From the IMG/VR virus record IMGVR_UViG_3300023218_000062: a stretch of 64,000 nt of DNA. One strand, 5' to 3'. Both the position numbers and the translations under genes were made by a program. The notes beneath the pieces are model-generated. The model ran no database searches. It was given only the letters and a program-made list of their open reading frames with translations, and had not been told where the DNA came from. This DNA is from a virus (lineage: Duplodnaviria; Caudoviricetes). Of this stretch, positions 40,011 to 50,552 are shown in pieces (the first letter of the stretch is position 1; each line of letters opens with the position of its first letter).

Positions 40011-40155
40011 TTGATCCACAACTCGAATTGGTTTAAAACACTCAATATGTTACTATATATAGTATATAGCAAAAAAAGAAATTAGAACGTACTATTATTA
40101 ATATGACCATCATCGAATTAACCATAAATAGTCTATATTATAATTTCGAATAATT

Positions 40156-40878
40156 ATGAAAATTGGGCAATTATTAGAAATAATATCAGCCTCTAGACAA
40201 GAGCGTACTGTGTCTGGAAATTTTAGAAATTCTGAAGAATGGGGTGCCGGTGATGACAAAAAGGAAAAAGAACGAGGTCGAGATATTGGAAGTTTTTCCA
40301 TAGTTAAACCTGGATCTGATCCTCATACTATAAAAAAATCTTCTAAGTCACCGGATCATCAAATAAGCGATGGTTACTGGCGTTATATAGAGTATGTGAT
40401 AAAATATAAATTATGGGAAAATCCGCATTTTCCTCGTGTATATAATATAAAAAAAATACAGGACGCTCAGGGCGATATAATGATGAGAGGGGAGATAGAA
40501 AAATTAACACCCTTAACAAATCTTAGAATAGATGAAATACAACAATTATATCAATATATATATGGAGTAGAAAATGTTCCTTATGAAATAAAGAAAAGTA
40601 GGGGGCTAGAACAATCTGAAGTAAAAAATTTATATCTCAAACGTTTAGCTACTGACATATTTCATTCTATAAAAGGGTTAGGTAATCAAAGGATTAAGCT
40701 AGATTCTTTCGAAGAGGCAATAAGAATACTCAAAATGATAAAGGAAAAAGAATTTACATCCAATTCTAAAAATAAGATTAGGCCATTTGGCTTTATATAT
40801 GATATTAAAGCTGAAAATATAATGGTTAGAAGAACGCCATATGGGCCACAACTTGTATTCAGTGATCCGTTTGTATAA
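40156..40878 (+). CDS. Protein-kinase-like fold protein
   Basis: IGSFSIVK (Gly-loop-like), FPRVY, IEKL, YDIKAENIMVR (catalytic loop DxKxxN), LVFSDP; MKIGQLLE start. Confidence 0.65.
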   Translation: MKIGQLLEIISASRQERTVSGNFRNSEEWGAGDDKKEKERGRDIGSFSIVKPGSDPHTIKKSSKSPDHQISDGYWRYIEYVIKYKLWENPHFPRVYNIKKIQDAQGDIMMRGEIEKLTPLTNLRIDEIQQLYQYIYGVENVPYEIKKSRGLEQSEVKNLYLKRLATDIFHSIKGLGNQRIKLDSFEEAIRILKMIKEKEFTSNSKNKIRPFGFIYDIKAENIMVRRTPYGPQLVFSDPFV

Positions 40879-41377
40879 GTGATATTATCATAACAGAAGA
40901 TTTTGTATAAATATTCGTGAAAAAATACACAAAATGGTATGAAAAACTTAAATTTAAATGAATTAGCCGTTTATATAGCTGAAGCTGAAGCTGGTAAAGA
41001 AGAAATTAGTATTGCTCAAATTAAAGAAATAATTAACATACTTGGCAATAGATGGAAACTTATGGATGAAAAAGAAGCATTAAAAGAGTTTGAATTAATT
41101 AAAAGCAATGTACGATAATCTTTCATTAGATATATATTGCTTTCATAATGGAAATTATGTCAAACAAGTATATAACAAAATCACAAATACTCTAGCTGAG
41201 CTTATAGTATATAATGGTGATTGTGAATATATATGGCTCGCAAAATTCCCAATAAAACAAAAAGATTTATCCGATTATCAAAGTAATGATAAGACTGTGA
41301 TGTATGAAGAAAGTCTTTTTAGAATGAACGAAATTTTAAGTGAAATGCGAATTAATTTACCTATTTAATTCATAGCG

Positions 41378-42418
41378 TTATTCGTTTGCATGTTCTATAA
41401 TATTTTTAAAATTTTTTGTTATTTCTTCCCATGTTAGAAAGGAAATTGAATTAAAACACTTCTTTCGATTCATAGCTATACATTTTAGAACTGCAGCGGT
41501 TAAATTATCATCAATATGCCCGTTTATACCGGGCATTATAATATCCTTTGGTCCCATAACTCTATACCCTGCAACTGGAGTTCCACAAGCCATAGCTTCT
41601 AACATAACAATACCAAATGTATCAGTCTTAGATGGAAACACAAAAATATCCGCATTTTGATATTCTTGTTCTAACTCGTTACCCCTTTTACATCCCATAA
41701 AATTTATTGATTGGTCACTAGCATATTTCTTTTTCAATTTTTTAAGTGCTGGTCCATCACCTACAACGATCTTTTCAAGTTTAGGAACGAAAAATTTCTG
41801 ATCAATATCTAAAAAATCCTCTATATTCTTTTCTTCAGATACCCTTCCTACATACAGAAGTCTTATTTTATTATTATCTCTTATCTTATTTGAAAACTTA
41901 AAAGAAGAGGTATCAACCCCTCTACCCCATGCCCTTATAGTATGGTTTATATCATGGTTGCGTAGCTTCTTTCCCATGGAGTTTGTGGTCACCAATACAC
42001 AATTAGCATTATAGTGTATTTTTCTAAGATATTTGTATACTAATTCTTCTGATATAAATGGAAATTTTTGATTTATATATTCTGGAAAGTTTGTATGATA
42101 TGATGTTGTGTAAGAAACATTATTATTTTTACAAACCCTAGAAGCTTGAAATCCTATAGGCCCTTCAGTTGCTATATGTATATAAACAGGATCAATATTT
42201 TTGATAATTTCAAATATTTTTTGTTTTGGCGGAAACGCCAAACGTATTTGGCGGTAAAATGGTAGGGGTGCAGTAAATTGGAAATCATTTGGTGATATTA
42301 TTGTGACAGTATAATCCATACATTCTAGATGCTTTTTAGTTTGCTTTAATGTAGTGACCACGCCGTTGACTTGTGGCTCATACGCATCAGTAAATATTAA
42401 TAATTTTTTCCTACTCAT
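41378..42418 (-). CDS. agt: GT4 (GT-B) glycosyltransferase, Agt/diacylglycerol glycosyltransferase-like
   Basis: IFTDAYEPQVNGVVTTL, IHIATEGPIG, YTTSYHTNFPEY, WGRGVD, LYVGRVSEEKNI, VVGDGP, DIFVFPSKTDTFGIVMLEAMACGTPV, VMGPKD. Confidence 0.8.
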   Translation of the reverse strand: MSRKKLLIFTDAYEPQVNGVVTTLKQTKKHLECMDYTVTIISPNDFQFTAPLPFYRQIRLAFPPKQKIFEIIKNIDPVYIHIATEGPIGFQASRVCKNNNVSYTTSYHTNFPEYINQKFPFISEELVYKYLRKIHYNANCVLVTTNSMGKKLRNHDINHTIRAWGRGVDTSSFKFSNKIRDNNKIRLLYVGRVSEEKNIEDFLDIDQKFFVPKLEKIVVGDGPALKKLKKKYASDQSINFMGCKRGNELEQEYQNADIFVFPSKTDTFGIVMLEAMACGTPVAGYRVMGPKDIIMPGINGHIDDNLTAAVLKCIAMNRKKCFNSISFLTWEEITKNFKNIIEHANE

Positions 42419-42768
42419 AATCTATGTATTTTTATATAACATATATTAAATTTTTGTTATATTCATAATATTTGACTACTCCCCCCACTAAAGTGTTTTG
42501 ATCAAAAATTGTCAATATATTCATCGTCCTCGGGTTTAAGATTTTTGATTGTTTCTATTACATCTTCTGGTAACTCATATTGCCATGCAATAGTTGCAAC
42601 CTTGTCAAATTCAGCTGGTGTAGAAATATTTGATTTCACCCAATTGATCAGCCATTCTTTTTGGGAACGAGTCATCCCCCCTCCGAGATTAAAGGATAAC
42701 GCCATATTTCTAAATAAGGTAAAATTCGCCATGATATTAAGTTTAAAGTTTAAACGGCATACTTTTAT

Positions 42769-43350
42769 TTATATAATTTCTAAGATGTTCTTCCATCCAT
42801 CGGCTTCTATTATGTGTTTTTCAGGTTCTTCTTCTTGTATGAATGATGTATATATTTTTATTGGATGTATGCCAAATTCATAACATTTATTCAAAAAACT
42901 ATGTCTATCATCTATAAGGTAATCCAATTTTATCAAATATTTTTCTTTTGTCACGATATAACCAAAGTTTCCTTTTCCAAACAGCCTAGCCAAATTATTA
43001 AATTTTGATCTACCCCCGTTTCCTTTATTATGCGTTACAAAAACTATATTGTAAGTTTTCATTAGCGTTTTAATAGACTCTACCGCATTTTCGACCGGCG
43101 GTATAGTATCATATACACCTTCCTGTCTCCAAAAATCCATAGGATGTACATTAGAGTTTTTCATTGGCGGAAAATGACTAGAAAGATTGTACCTAACTTT
43201 GTTTCCGGCATCGATATAATCCTGAATATTATAGGGCAAATCATTGTTTTCTGACATATTTTTAAGCCAATGCCACCAATTTATATCAGACCTTAACGTA
43301 GTTAAATCTACGTCAACTCCTATGGTTTTTCTGTCACTTAAAATATTCAT
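42769..43350 (-). CDS. HAD-family 5'(3')-deoxyribonucleotidase-like
   Basis: IGVDVDLT (DxDxT), VFVTH, K.LIKLDYLIDDR. Confidence 0.8.
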   Translation of the reverse strand: MNILSDRKTIGVDVDLTTLRSDINWWHWLKNMSENNDLPYNIQDYIDAGNKVRYNLSSHFPPMKNSNVHPMDFWRQEGVYDTIPPVENAVESIKTLMKTYNIVFVTHNKGNGGRSKFNNLARLFGKGNFGYIVTKEKYLIKLDYLIDDRHSFLNKCYEFGIHPIKIYTSFIQEEEPEKHIIEADGWKNILEII

Positions 43351-43900
43351 CTATTACCCCTTTTACGGCTATATAATGATCTTCGATTGTAGTGTCATTA
43401 TCTCTATCAACCCTTCTTGTTATTTCTGGAAAGGCGGTAATCCAATCTCGACTGTCGTTATCAAAACTACAATTCTTTCTACCCCATTGTAATATAAGTA
43501 AAGATGTTGGTCCGAATGCCTCATATAATGGTTTTATCTCTTCTATAAACCCACCATCCGGTAAAATAAACTTATCATGATTGGAGAGCCTTGTTATATC
43601 TGTTCTTACACATTCACCAAAATAAGTTTTACCGTGGACAGGTTTGACCCATTCTTCACCTATCTTTATAAGATAATTTCGCTGAGATAATCCGCCTAGT
43701 TTATCCCATGGCAAATTTTTATCCACTGCATATCTTTCATCCCATTCTTCCTTGGGTATTTTTGATATTACTAATGCTATATTGATAAGGGTAAATTTAA
43801 AGGACATCATCGTATATCCATTTCGGTTAATGAACTCTTCCGCAATAGTATCCTTTCCACTTTGAGGGGGGCAATTAAGTACTACTATTTTTCTATTCAT
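43334..43900 (-). CDS. Deoxynucleoside monophosphate kinase-like
   Basis: VLNCPPQSGKDT, RNYLIKIGE, ILPDGGF.EE, SFDNDSR. Confidence 0.75.
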   Translation of the reverse strand: MNRKIVVLNCPPQSGKDTIAEEFINRNGYTMMSFKFTLINIALVISKIPKEEWDERYAVDKNLPWDKLGGLSQRNYLIKIGEEWVKPVHGKTYFGECVRTDITRLSNHDKFILPDGGFIEEIKPLYEAFGPTSLLILQWGRKNCSFDNDSRDWITAFPEITRRVDRDNDTTIEDHYIAVKGVIDEYFK

Positions 43901-44027
43901 ACATCATCTTAAAACGTGCCGTATATCTTACAACCTAGATAGCTCTATGTCAAAGTATTTCAAGTACTTCATTAAATCACACTTTTTTGGCTTATATAAA
44001 TAAAATCGCGTATACATTGGAGAAAAA

Positions 44028-44741
44028 ATGAGTATAATACGACGTTCACTGGGGCTCTGTAAAAAAATAAATGCATCAACGTGTATAGAACAGGCAAGAA
44101 CGCTTAATACAAACCCATGGGAAGCTTACGCCACTGTAACAATATTTGATAGAAAAAAAACCACAGGTTTATTTAAGGATGGAGTATTAATAAATCAAAT
44201 AGATTTTAAGAAATTTACATCTAAATTAAATCATTTGAAGCAAATTAAGGATTTAGGGGGTGTGCCTCGTTATTATAGGGATCTTATCAGAAAACCGGGG
44301 TTACCGGAAGGATTTCAAGCTAGGGTAATTTTAATAAATGACAGGAATTATATTGATAATATTAATATACACAATAATGTTTTGTATACTATTAATAAAA
44401 AGATTATCACCATACCCTGTCCATATATAGATGAAAATAATGCAATAATTCTAGATTTTTTCACTGTATTTAATTCATTAAAGCTTAATAAGGATGATAT
44501 AAAATGCTATAATGCAAGAATAAAATTCGAAGATGAGAAAGAAGATGAAATAGAGATGGCAGTGGGAAGAAAAAAACAAAAAGATGGAAGCACTGGGGCT
44601 CGTATTATTAAAATGTCAGGAAAATATTCTTCTGAGTTCGGTGGCATACAAAATAAAATTAAGGCCGAGAATTCTAATAGTTCTTCACATATAACTCACG
44701 GTCTTAATAGTTCTTCACATATAGTTAACATTCTATTATAA
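44028..44741 (+). CDS. Hypothetical protein; 19-bp duplication (44675-44693 / 44705-44723) at the 3' end
   Basis: 237-aa ORF with GGAG RBS; TAATAGTTCTTCACATATA repeated with a 30-bp period. Confidence 0.6.
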   Translation: MSIIRRSLGLCKKINASTCIEQARTLNTNPWEAYATVTIFDRKKTTGLFKDGVLINQIDFKKFTSKLNHLKQIKDLGGVPRYYRDLIRKPGLPEGFQARVILINDRNYIDNINIHNNVLYTINKKIITIPCPYIDENNAIILDFFTVFNSLKLNKDDIKCYNARIKFEDEKEDEIEMAVGRKKQKDGSTGARIIKMSGKYSSEFGGIQNKIKAENSNSSSHITHGLNSSSHIVNILL

Positions 44742-44771
44742 TATAGTTATTATAAAGAATATGGAAAACTT

Positions 44772-45401
44772 ATGACTTGTATAGTAGCATATAAAGATTT
44801 ATATGGGAAGATTTATATGGGTGGAGACGATATTGCCGCGTATCCTGATTCAGAGAGTTATGCAAAAAGATCATACGCACATTCAAAGATTTTTACTAAA
44901 ACGTTAAAAAATGATGTCTCAATTAAACACCCTGATTCTAATCCTAGACCCTTATTAATTGGATACACTACATCATTTAGAATGGGACAAATTCTAGAAT
45001 ATCATTTTGATGTCCCTAAATTAAATCCAGAGACAATAAGCAATAATATGGAATATATGGTTAAATCATTTGTTCCAGCCTTATATGAGTTATTTGACGA
45101 TAATTTATATATAAGAAAATCTGATGCTTCTGAAATTTCAGGCGGAGAGTTCATTGTGGCGTTCGAAAATAATATTTTTACTATATCATATGATTTCTCT
45201 GTCATGGAATTTAAGGGGCCCTTTGCATGTGTTGGTTGTGGTCAGTCATACGCTCTTGGTGCATTATATGTTGCATCTGAACATATGTCAACTAAGTCTA
45301 TTAACGTTTCAAATGGAGAGAATATAGTTAGGGCTGCTGTAAAAGCTGCCGCAAAATTTAGTGGATTTGTGGGGGATAATATTACTATACTATCTACCTA
45401 A
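44772..45401 (+). CDS. HslV-like Ntn-hydrolase (threonine protease)
   Basis: M-T-CIVAY..IYMGGD, IGYTTSFRMGQIL, CVGCGQSYALGAL, AAKFSGFVG. Confidence 0.75.
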   Translation: MTCIVAYKDLYGKIYMGGDDIAAYPDSESYAKRSYAHSKIFTKTLKNDVSIKHPDSNPRPLLIGYTTSFRMGQILEYHFDVPKLNPETISNNMEYMVKSFVPALYELFDDNLYIRKSDASEISGGEFIVAFENNIFTISYDFSVMEFKGPFACVGCGQSYALGALYVASEHMSTKSINVSNGENIVRAAVKAAAKFSGFVGDNITILST

Positions 45402-45487
45402 ACAAAGTTGACATATTATATTTAAGCATATAAGATACTCCGAATAGATCAATAGGTGATCTATAATTAAATTATACAATTAAATTA

Positions 45488-45847
45488 ATGAAGTTAAACC
45501 ATATGAGAAAATTTAATACTAATCAGATATGTGATATACGTCACACCGTAAACATTGAAAATACTAGCCCCACAGCGGTCGCCAAGAAATATAAATCCTC
45601 ACCATCCACCGTTCGTAGAGTAGCATCTGGAGATAGTTATTCAGATATTCCTATGCCAAAGGCGATTCCGGGGTATTCCAATTATATTGCATATCCTAAT
45701 AACAAAATTTGGTCTATTAACCGAAATAAGTTTTTAACGCCTACAGTTAAAAAAGAAGACTACAAGACCAAGTATTTCAATCTTCGCTCTGGTAACGGAG
45801 TTAGACGATCAATACGCTCAAATGAGGTCTCTTCACAATTGTTTTAA
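45488..45847 (+). CDS. HTH + NUMOD4-like small protein
   Basis: AVAKKYKSSPSTVRRV (HTH-like) then KAIPGYSNY...KIWS (NUMOD4-like); no nuclease domain seen. Confidence 0.45.
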   Translation: MKLNHMRKFNTNQICDIRHTVNIENTSPTAVAKKYKSSPSTVRRVASGDSYSDIPMPKAIPGYSNYIAYPNNKIWSINRNKFLTPTVKKEDYKTKYFNLRSGNGVRRSIRSNEVSSQLF

Positions 45848-45866
45848 TGCGTGAAAAGAGGGAAAT

Positions 45867-45891
45867 AAAAAGGGGGCAATGCCCCCTTTTT
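45867..45891. terminator. Bidirectional terminator between convergent genes
   Basis: AAAAAGGGGGC-AAT-GCCCCCTTTTT. Confidence 0.85.
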
Positions 45892-45911
45892 ATTCTCATT
45901 GTATTTTTAAA

Positions 45912-46895
45912 TTATATATTTTTTCTTTTTGACTCCAGACTTTCCGCGATAGTTACAACTGAATGAAAAGATTCTGTATTTTTTTCAGACAGCTTCTTAG
46001 TAGATTTCAAGTGTTTATGAGCCTTTTTTATAAGATCATTAGCAACTTTTAAATTACCCTTTTTCTTATTGGTTTCAGCTTCCTTAATTAACGCTTTCGC
46101 TTCTTTTAAGAATTTTGCTGCCTTATTATATCCCTTCTCGATATCAGATGTGTCAATGTTGTGATCTTCGTTTATCACAGAAAATTGACTCTCAAAAAGT
46201 TGTTCCTTTTCTTCTTTTATATCTTTAAGTATAGTGTTGAACTGCTTTTTGGTTGCATTGATATTATCATTAACCTTGGCTTCAATTAATAGACTGTAAA
46301 CATTAATATTTTTCATAGTATTTTTTGCTCTTTTGTGTGTTTATTTATCGAAGTTAAATTCTTTATCTTCTTTATCAGATTTGGGATCTGAGTCTCTAGC
46401 ATCTGAAAATACACTATAGTCAAAATCTGGGTCTTCATCATCTTCCTCATAGTCGCTATCGGTACTCAAATCAAAGTCAAGATCATCTAAATCGGGAAGT
46501 TCTTCATTACCTTCTTCATCTTCACCACTTTTAAAATCCATACCACGATTTTGAAGTATCTGCTTGAGTTTGTGCGTTATATCAGTTCTTTTTTCTCCCG
46601 CAAAGATATCATCTTCTTCACTATCATAATCCGCGCCGCTGTCAGAGTCTTCAGGGTCTTCACTATCATAATTCATTCCAAAATCATTGTCTCCATCGAA
46701 GGACATTTCACCATTCTCCGATGATTCTATGCCCTCGATATCATCTTGCCCATTAACATAGGCCCCTTTCATACTCTTACCATGACGGGCAGGGCCAAAT
46801 TCTTTTTCAAAATCTAGTCCAGTATTCTCTGTATCTTCTTCATTATCCGTCATTCTGATATCAAATTCATTTATGATATTATAAAGTTCGCTCAT
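45912..46895 (-). CDS. Two hypothetical proteins (45912-46316 basic/coiled; 46341-46895 highly acidic)
   Basis: N-termini MKNINVYSLLIE and MSELYNIINE; the second is D/E-rich. Confidence 0.7.
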
Positions 46896-47005
46896 TTTTA
46901 ACTTACCTTTGCAGTTTATTTATACTTTATTTATAAGATACATGTATAATTGTTGACAATGTGAGCTTAAGCCAGTAATATTCCACTATTAATAGAGGAA
47001 TAAAA

Positions 47006-48082
47006 ATGAGAATAGAGGAAGATATGAAACTAGATTTTTCAGATGTTTTAATACGTCCTAAAAGAAGCAATTTGGCATCTAGAAAAGATGTTACGTTACA
47101 GAGAGATATAGTATGTAAATATTCTGGTAAAACTCTTTCGGGTGTGCCCATAATGAATTCTAATATGGGAACATCAGGTACTTTCAAGGTAAGCTCGGAA
47201 TTAACTAAGCAGAAGTGTTTTTCTACCGCTCATAAATTCTATAATTTGGAAAGCTGGGAAAATAAATTGAGTGCTGAATATGATGCCGAGAATTCAAGTT
47301 TTTTTGATAAATTCTTTTTTCCTATGGGACTAAATGATGCAGATCTTAGCGATCTTGAACATTTAATACTAGAAAAGGATTACCCTTTACAGAATATAAT
47401 GATTGATGTTGCCAACGGTTATTCTGAAAAGTTTGTTAATTTTATTTCTAGAGTTAGAAATATGTTTCCGGATCTTATTATAGCAGCGGGAAACGTAGCA
47501 ACTCCTGATATGACAGAAGCCTTAATTTTATCAGGAGCAGATATAATAAAAGTAAACATAGGAGCAGGATCGTGCTGCACCACTCGTTTAAAGGCTGGTG
47601 TAGGATATCCTCAACTGAGTGCAGTAATAGAATGTGCAGACGCTGCACATGGGCTAGGAGGTCATATTATATCTGATGGGGGTTGTGTTGATGTTGCGGA
47701 TTTTTGCAAGGCGTTTGGAGCGGGGGCAGATATTGTAATGTCTGGATCTTTTTTCGCCGCAACAGATGAATCAGATTGTGATGAGTATATAGATCCTGAT
47801 ACAGGTAAAATATATAAAGTAAATTATGGAATGTCATCAAAAACTGCACAAGATAAATATGGTGACGGAATGAAAGACTATAGAAGTAGCGAAGGTCGTA
47901 CTGTAATTCTCCCCCCGTCTGGACCAACTAAAGACGTAATAAACGATATATTAGGTGGTATACGTAGCTGTTGCACATATGTAGGGGCAAATAAGATAAA
48001 GGAACTACCCAAACGCACAACTTTTATTAAAGTAAATAACACGCACAACACGATAAATGAATCAAATACAATAGGAAACTAA
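47006..48082 (+). CDS. guaC: GMP reductase
   Basis: MRIEEDMKLDFSDVLIRPKRS.LASR, IDVANGYSE, AGNV.T, IGAGSCCTTR..GVGYPQLSAVIECADAAHGLGGHIISDGGC, YGMSS, YRSSEG. Confidence 0.96.
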   Translation: MRIEEDMKLDFSDVLIRPKRSNLASRKDVTLQRDIVCKYSGKTLSGVPIMNSNMGTSGTFKVSSELTKQKCFSTAHKFYNLESWENKLSAEYDAENSSFFDKFFFPMGLNDADLSDLEHLILEKDYPLQNIMIDVANGYSEKFVNFISRVRNMFPDLIIAAGNVATPDMTEALILSGADIIKVNIGAGSCCTTRLKAGVGYPQLSAVIECADAAHGLGGHIISDGGCVDVADFCKAFGAGADIVMSGSFFAATDESDCDEYIDPDTGKIYKVNYGMSSKTAQDKYGDGMKDYRSSEGRTVILPPSGPTKDVINDILGGIRSCCTYVGANKIKELPKRTTFIKVNNTHNTINESNTIGN

Positions 48083-48096
48083 AGGAGATTTATATT

Positions 48097-48423
48097 ATGA
48101 AAGATGAAGTAGTATTATTAAAATTAAGTGCCAGTTTTGCAGAAATTATCTGTAAAGTTAGTGATAGTGTCGCAGAAAAACTTATAGAAAAATCACCTAT
48201 TGATGCCTTTACTGTTATTTCACCATTTTTGATTCAAATGCAAAGAGATGAAAATGGAGATTTGGCCACCGGTTTACATGCTTTAAGCCTGATGATGAAA
48301 GGAGATCCGAAAAATGTAAAATTAAGATTAAATGACAGAGATATATTATTTGCGGCAAGACCCACAGATGATATAGAAAAACAATATAGACAAATGGTTA
48401 GTGGGATACAATTAGTGAAATAA
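48097..48423 (+). CDS. Conserved T4-like-phage-type hypothetical (Sm/SH3-like)
   Basis: VVLLKL..EII, P.DDIEKQYRQMVSGIQL pattern; AAGGAG RBS. Confidence 0.55.
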   Translation: MKDEVVLLKLSASFAEIICKVSDSVAEKLIEKSPIDAFTVISPFLIQMQRDENGDLATGLHALSLMMKGDPKNVKLRLNDRDILFAARPTDDIEKQYRQMVSGIQLVK

Positions 48424-49005
48424 TCATGACATGTATATGTTTATAAATATTATAGTAAACTGAAGATGTGGGCAATCATGGATTTACAATTAATTATAAC
48501 AATATTATTAATAATATCGGCAATATATGTTGTTGGGGGTATTATATCTTGTAGTATCGTATTATATCAAACCAAGGATTTTGAAGAAGCACTACAAGCA
48601 GGGATAATGTGGCCAATAGGATTATATTGGGTAATTTTAACTATATTACGACATTAAGTTACAAACTCAATATCCGATTAATGCACGTCTTCTTGCAATA
48701 TAATACTCTTGTTCATAGATGTCATGCATAATGGCTTTTTCATCCCATTCTTTACTGTGTTTATCCCATACGATATAAGAACCATCTTCGCCATGGACAA
48801 GAAAGAAATTGACCCCGCCATAGTTTGCAGGGTTATTTTTATCACATGGAATCATCTCATTCATTTGTTTTTTCGCTATTGCGTCATAAATTTTCAGTTT
48901 TATTGCAGAAGCTACTTTTGATTCTTTTTCTGTGATCGTTTTAAATGTAATCATAGTAATATAAATACTTTTCAGATAAAAATTATTTATATATTCCATA
49001 TTAAC

Positions 49006-49635
49006 ATGAATCTATTTAAAGAATTTAACCTTATGGAGGCGGAGAAGGCCGCTAATAAGGAAATCAAATATTCTATAGACATTATAAACCAAATGTATAA
49101 TGAATGGAAAAAGATCAAACGGCGCGTGAATGCCGTAGACATAGTTGTCACCACGGCCAACAAGCTATCTGTAATATCTCCCGCTGCTATAGATAGAATA
49201 CATGAAGCTTCAAGGGTAAAATTAACCTCTTTATTGATGCGCTGTATGGAACTGGGCTATTGGAAACCTTTAATCGAAAAGGCTCCCATATACAAAAAAC
49301 TATATCCATTAATTGCAAAACTCCACTCATATGATGCTAGAACAGGGACGGGGGGAACCCTAAAAGAGGTTATTCTCACCCGTTTGAGTGCCGCTCAGAG
49401 TTATCAAAACAAATTAGCAGACGGGACCATAGTATTCGTAGCATATGAACCTAAAATCACACCATCATATCAGAAATATTTATTTGGATCTGAATCTGAT
49501 AGAATTGTTGCTACTTTCAAAATGCAGACTTTAGAACTTCCACAAGATTATGCTTCATTATTAGAAACTTTAAGAATAAATCATGAAAAATCTATTAAAA
49601 AATTTAAAAATTCAATCAATAAAGGAAAGAAATAA
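49006..49635 (+). CDS. Hypothetical protein
   Basis: 209 aa; N-terminus MNLFKEFNLME. Confidence 0.65.
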   Translation: MNLFKEFNLMEAEKAANKEIKYSIDIINQMYNEWKKIKRRVNAVDIVVTTANKLSVISPAAIDRIHEASRVKLTSLLMRCMELGYWKPLIEKAPIYKKLYPLIAKLHSYDARTGTGGTLKEVILTRLSAAQSYQNKLADGTIVFVAYEPKITPSYQKYLFGSESDRIVATFKMQTLELPQDYASLLETLRINHEKSIKKFKNSINKGKK

Positions 49636-49669
49636 ATATAATAAATAAAATAACAATAAAGGAACAATC

Positions 49670-50371
49670 ATGAGTCAACAATGGTTTGGCAGAGTATATA
49701 AAGAAGATAAAAGAGATTTAGATTTCAAAATTGATGAAATTTTAACAACTATAGACATGCCTGACATATCAGAAAAGTTTTGGTGGGCTGATGGATGGAC
49801 TGGAAATCAAGGTGCTACATCCCACTGCGTGTCTTATAGTTGGAGTCATTGGTTTGAAGATGGTCCCGTAATTCAAGATGCTATAATAGGTAGGCAAAAG
49901 CCTGTATATGATACTACTATATTATATAATACATTCAGAAAATATGACGGCATAGAGGGTAATTACGATGGTACAACTGTTAGAGCAGGTGCTAAAACCT
50001 TTCAAAAATTGGGTATTATTAATGAATATAGATGGGCTCAAACTATAGAAGATGTCATCAACACTCTACTATACTTGGGTCCCATGGTTGTAGGTACTAA
50101 ATGGACAGAAGGAATGAATAATCCGAGTTCTGCACAACATATAATTCGGCCTTCTGGACGAGCATCTGGTGGCCATGCATATTTACTCAATGGTATTAAC
50201 ATGGAGAAGGAATTATTCAGGATAAAAAATTCTTGGGGTTCCACTTGGGGATATCGTGGCGCGGCATACATACGTTTTTCGGATTTTGAAAAACTATTAA
50301 AAGATCGCGGTGAGGCGTGTGTAGCATTTGAAAATAAAATAAATTCAATCGACGACCTCTCTGAAATATGA
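49670..50371 (+). CDS. Papain-like (C1) cysteine peptidase
   Basis: NQGATSHCVSYS (Q...C), GGHAY (His), IKNSWG (Asn); terminator at 50371-50401. Confidence 0.88.
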   Translation: MSQQWFGRVYKEDKRDLDFKIDEILTTIDMPDISEKFWWADGWTGNQGATSHCVSYSWSHWFEDGPVIQDAIIGRQKPVYDTTILYNTFRKYDGIEGNYDGTTVRAGAKTFQKLGIINEYRWAQTIEDVINTLLYLGPMVVGTKWTEGMNNPSSAQHIIRPSGRASGGHAYLLNGINMEKELFRIKNSWGSTWGYRGAAYIRFSDFEKLLKDRGEACVAFENKINSIDDLSEI

Positions 50372-50421
50372 AAAAAGGGGGGCTAAGCCCCCCCCTTTTT
50401 TAAGTCATCGTATCATCTATC

Positions 50422-50552
50422 TTGACAATTTCGAGAGGATTCTTGTTTCACAGTCCTGTGCATTGCTCCATACAGGAGATTCAGTCTTGCTAATTCCGTG
50501 TGCCCCACGGTTAAAATGTTTTTAGCTGCATTCACATCTCTGACATGATACG
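50422..50552 (-). mobile_element. IS200/IS605 tnpB 3'-end remnant with right end
   Basis: Reverse strand YHVRDVNAAKNILTVGHTELA..., ending GAATCCTCTCGAAATTGTCAA. Confidence 0.7.
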
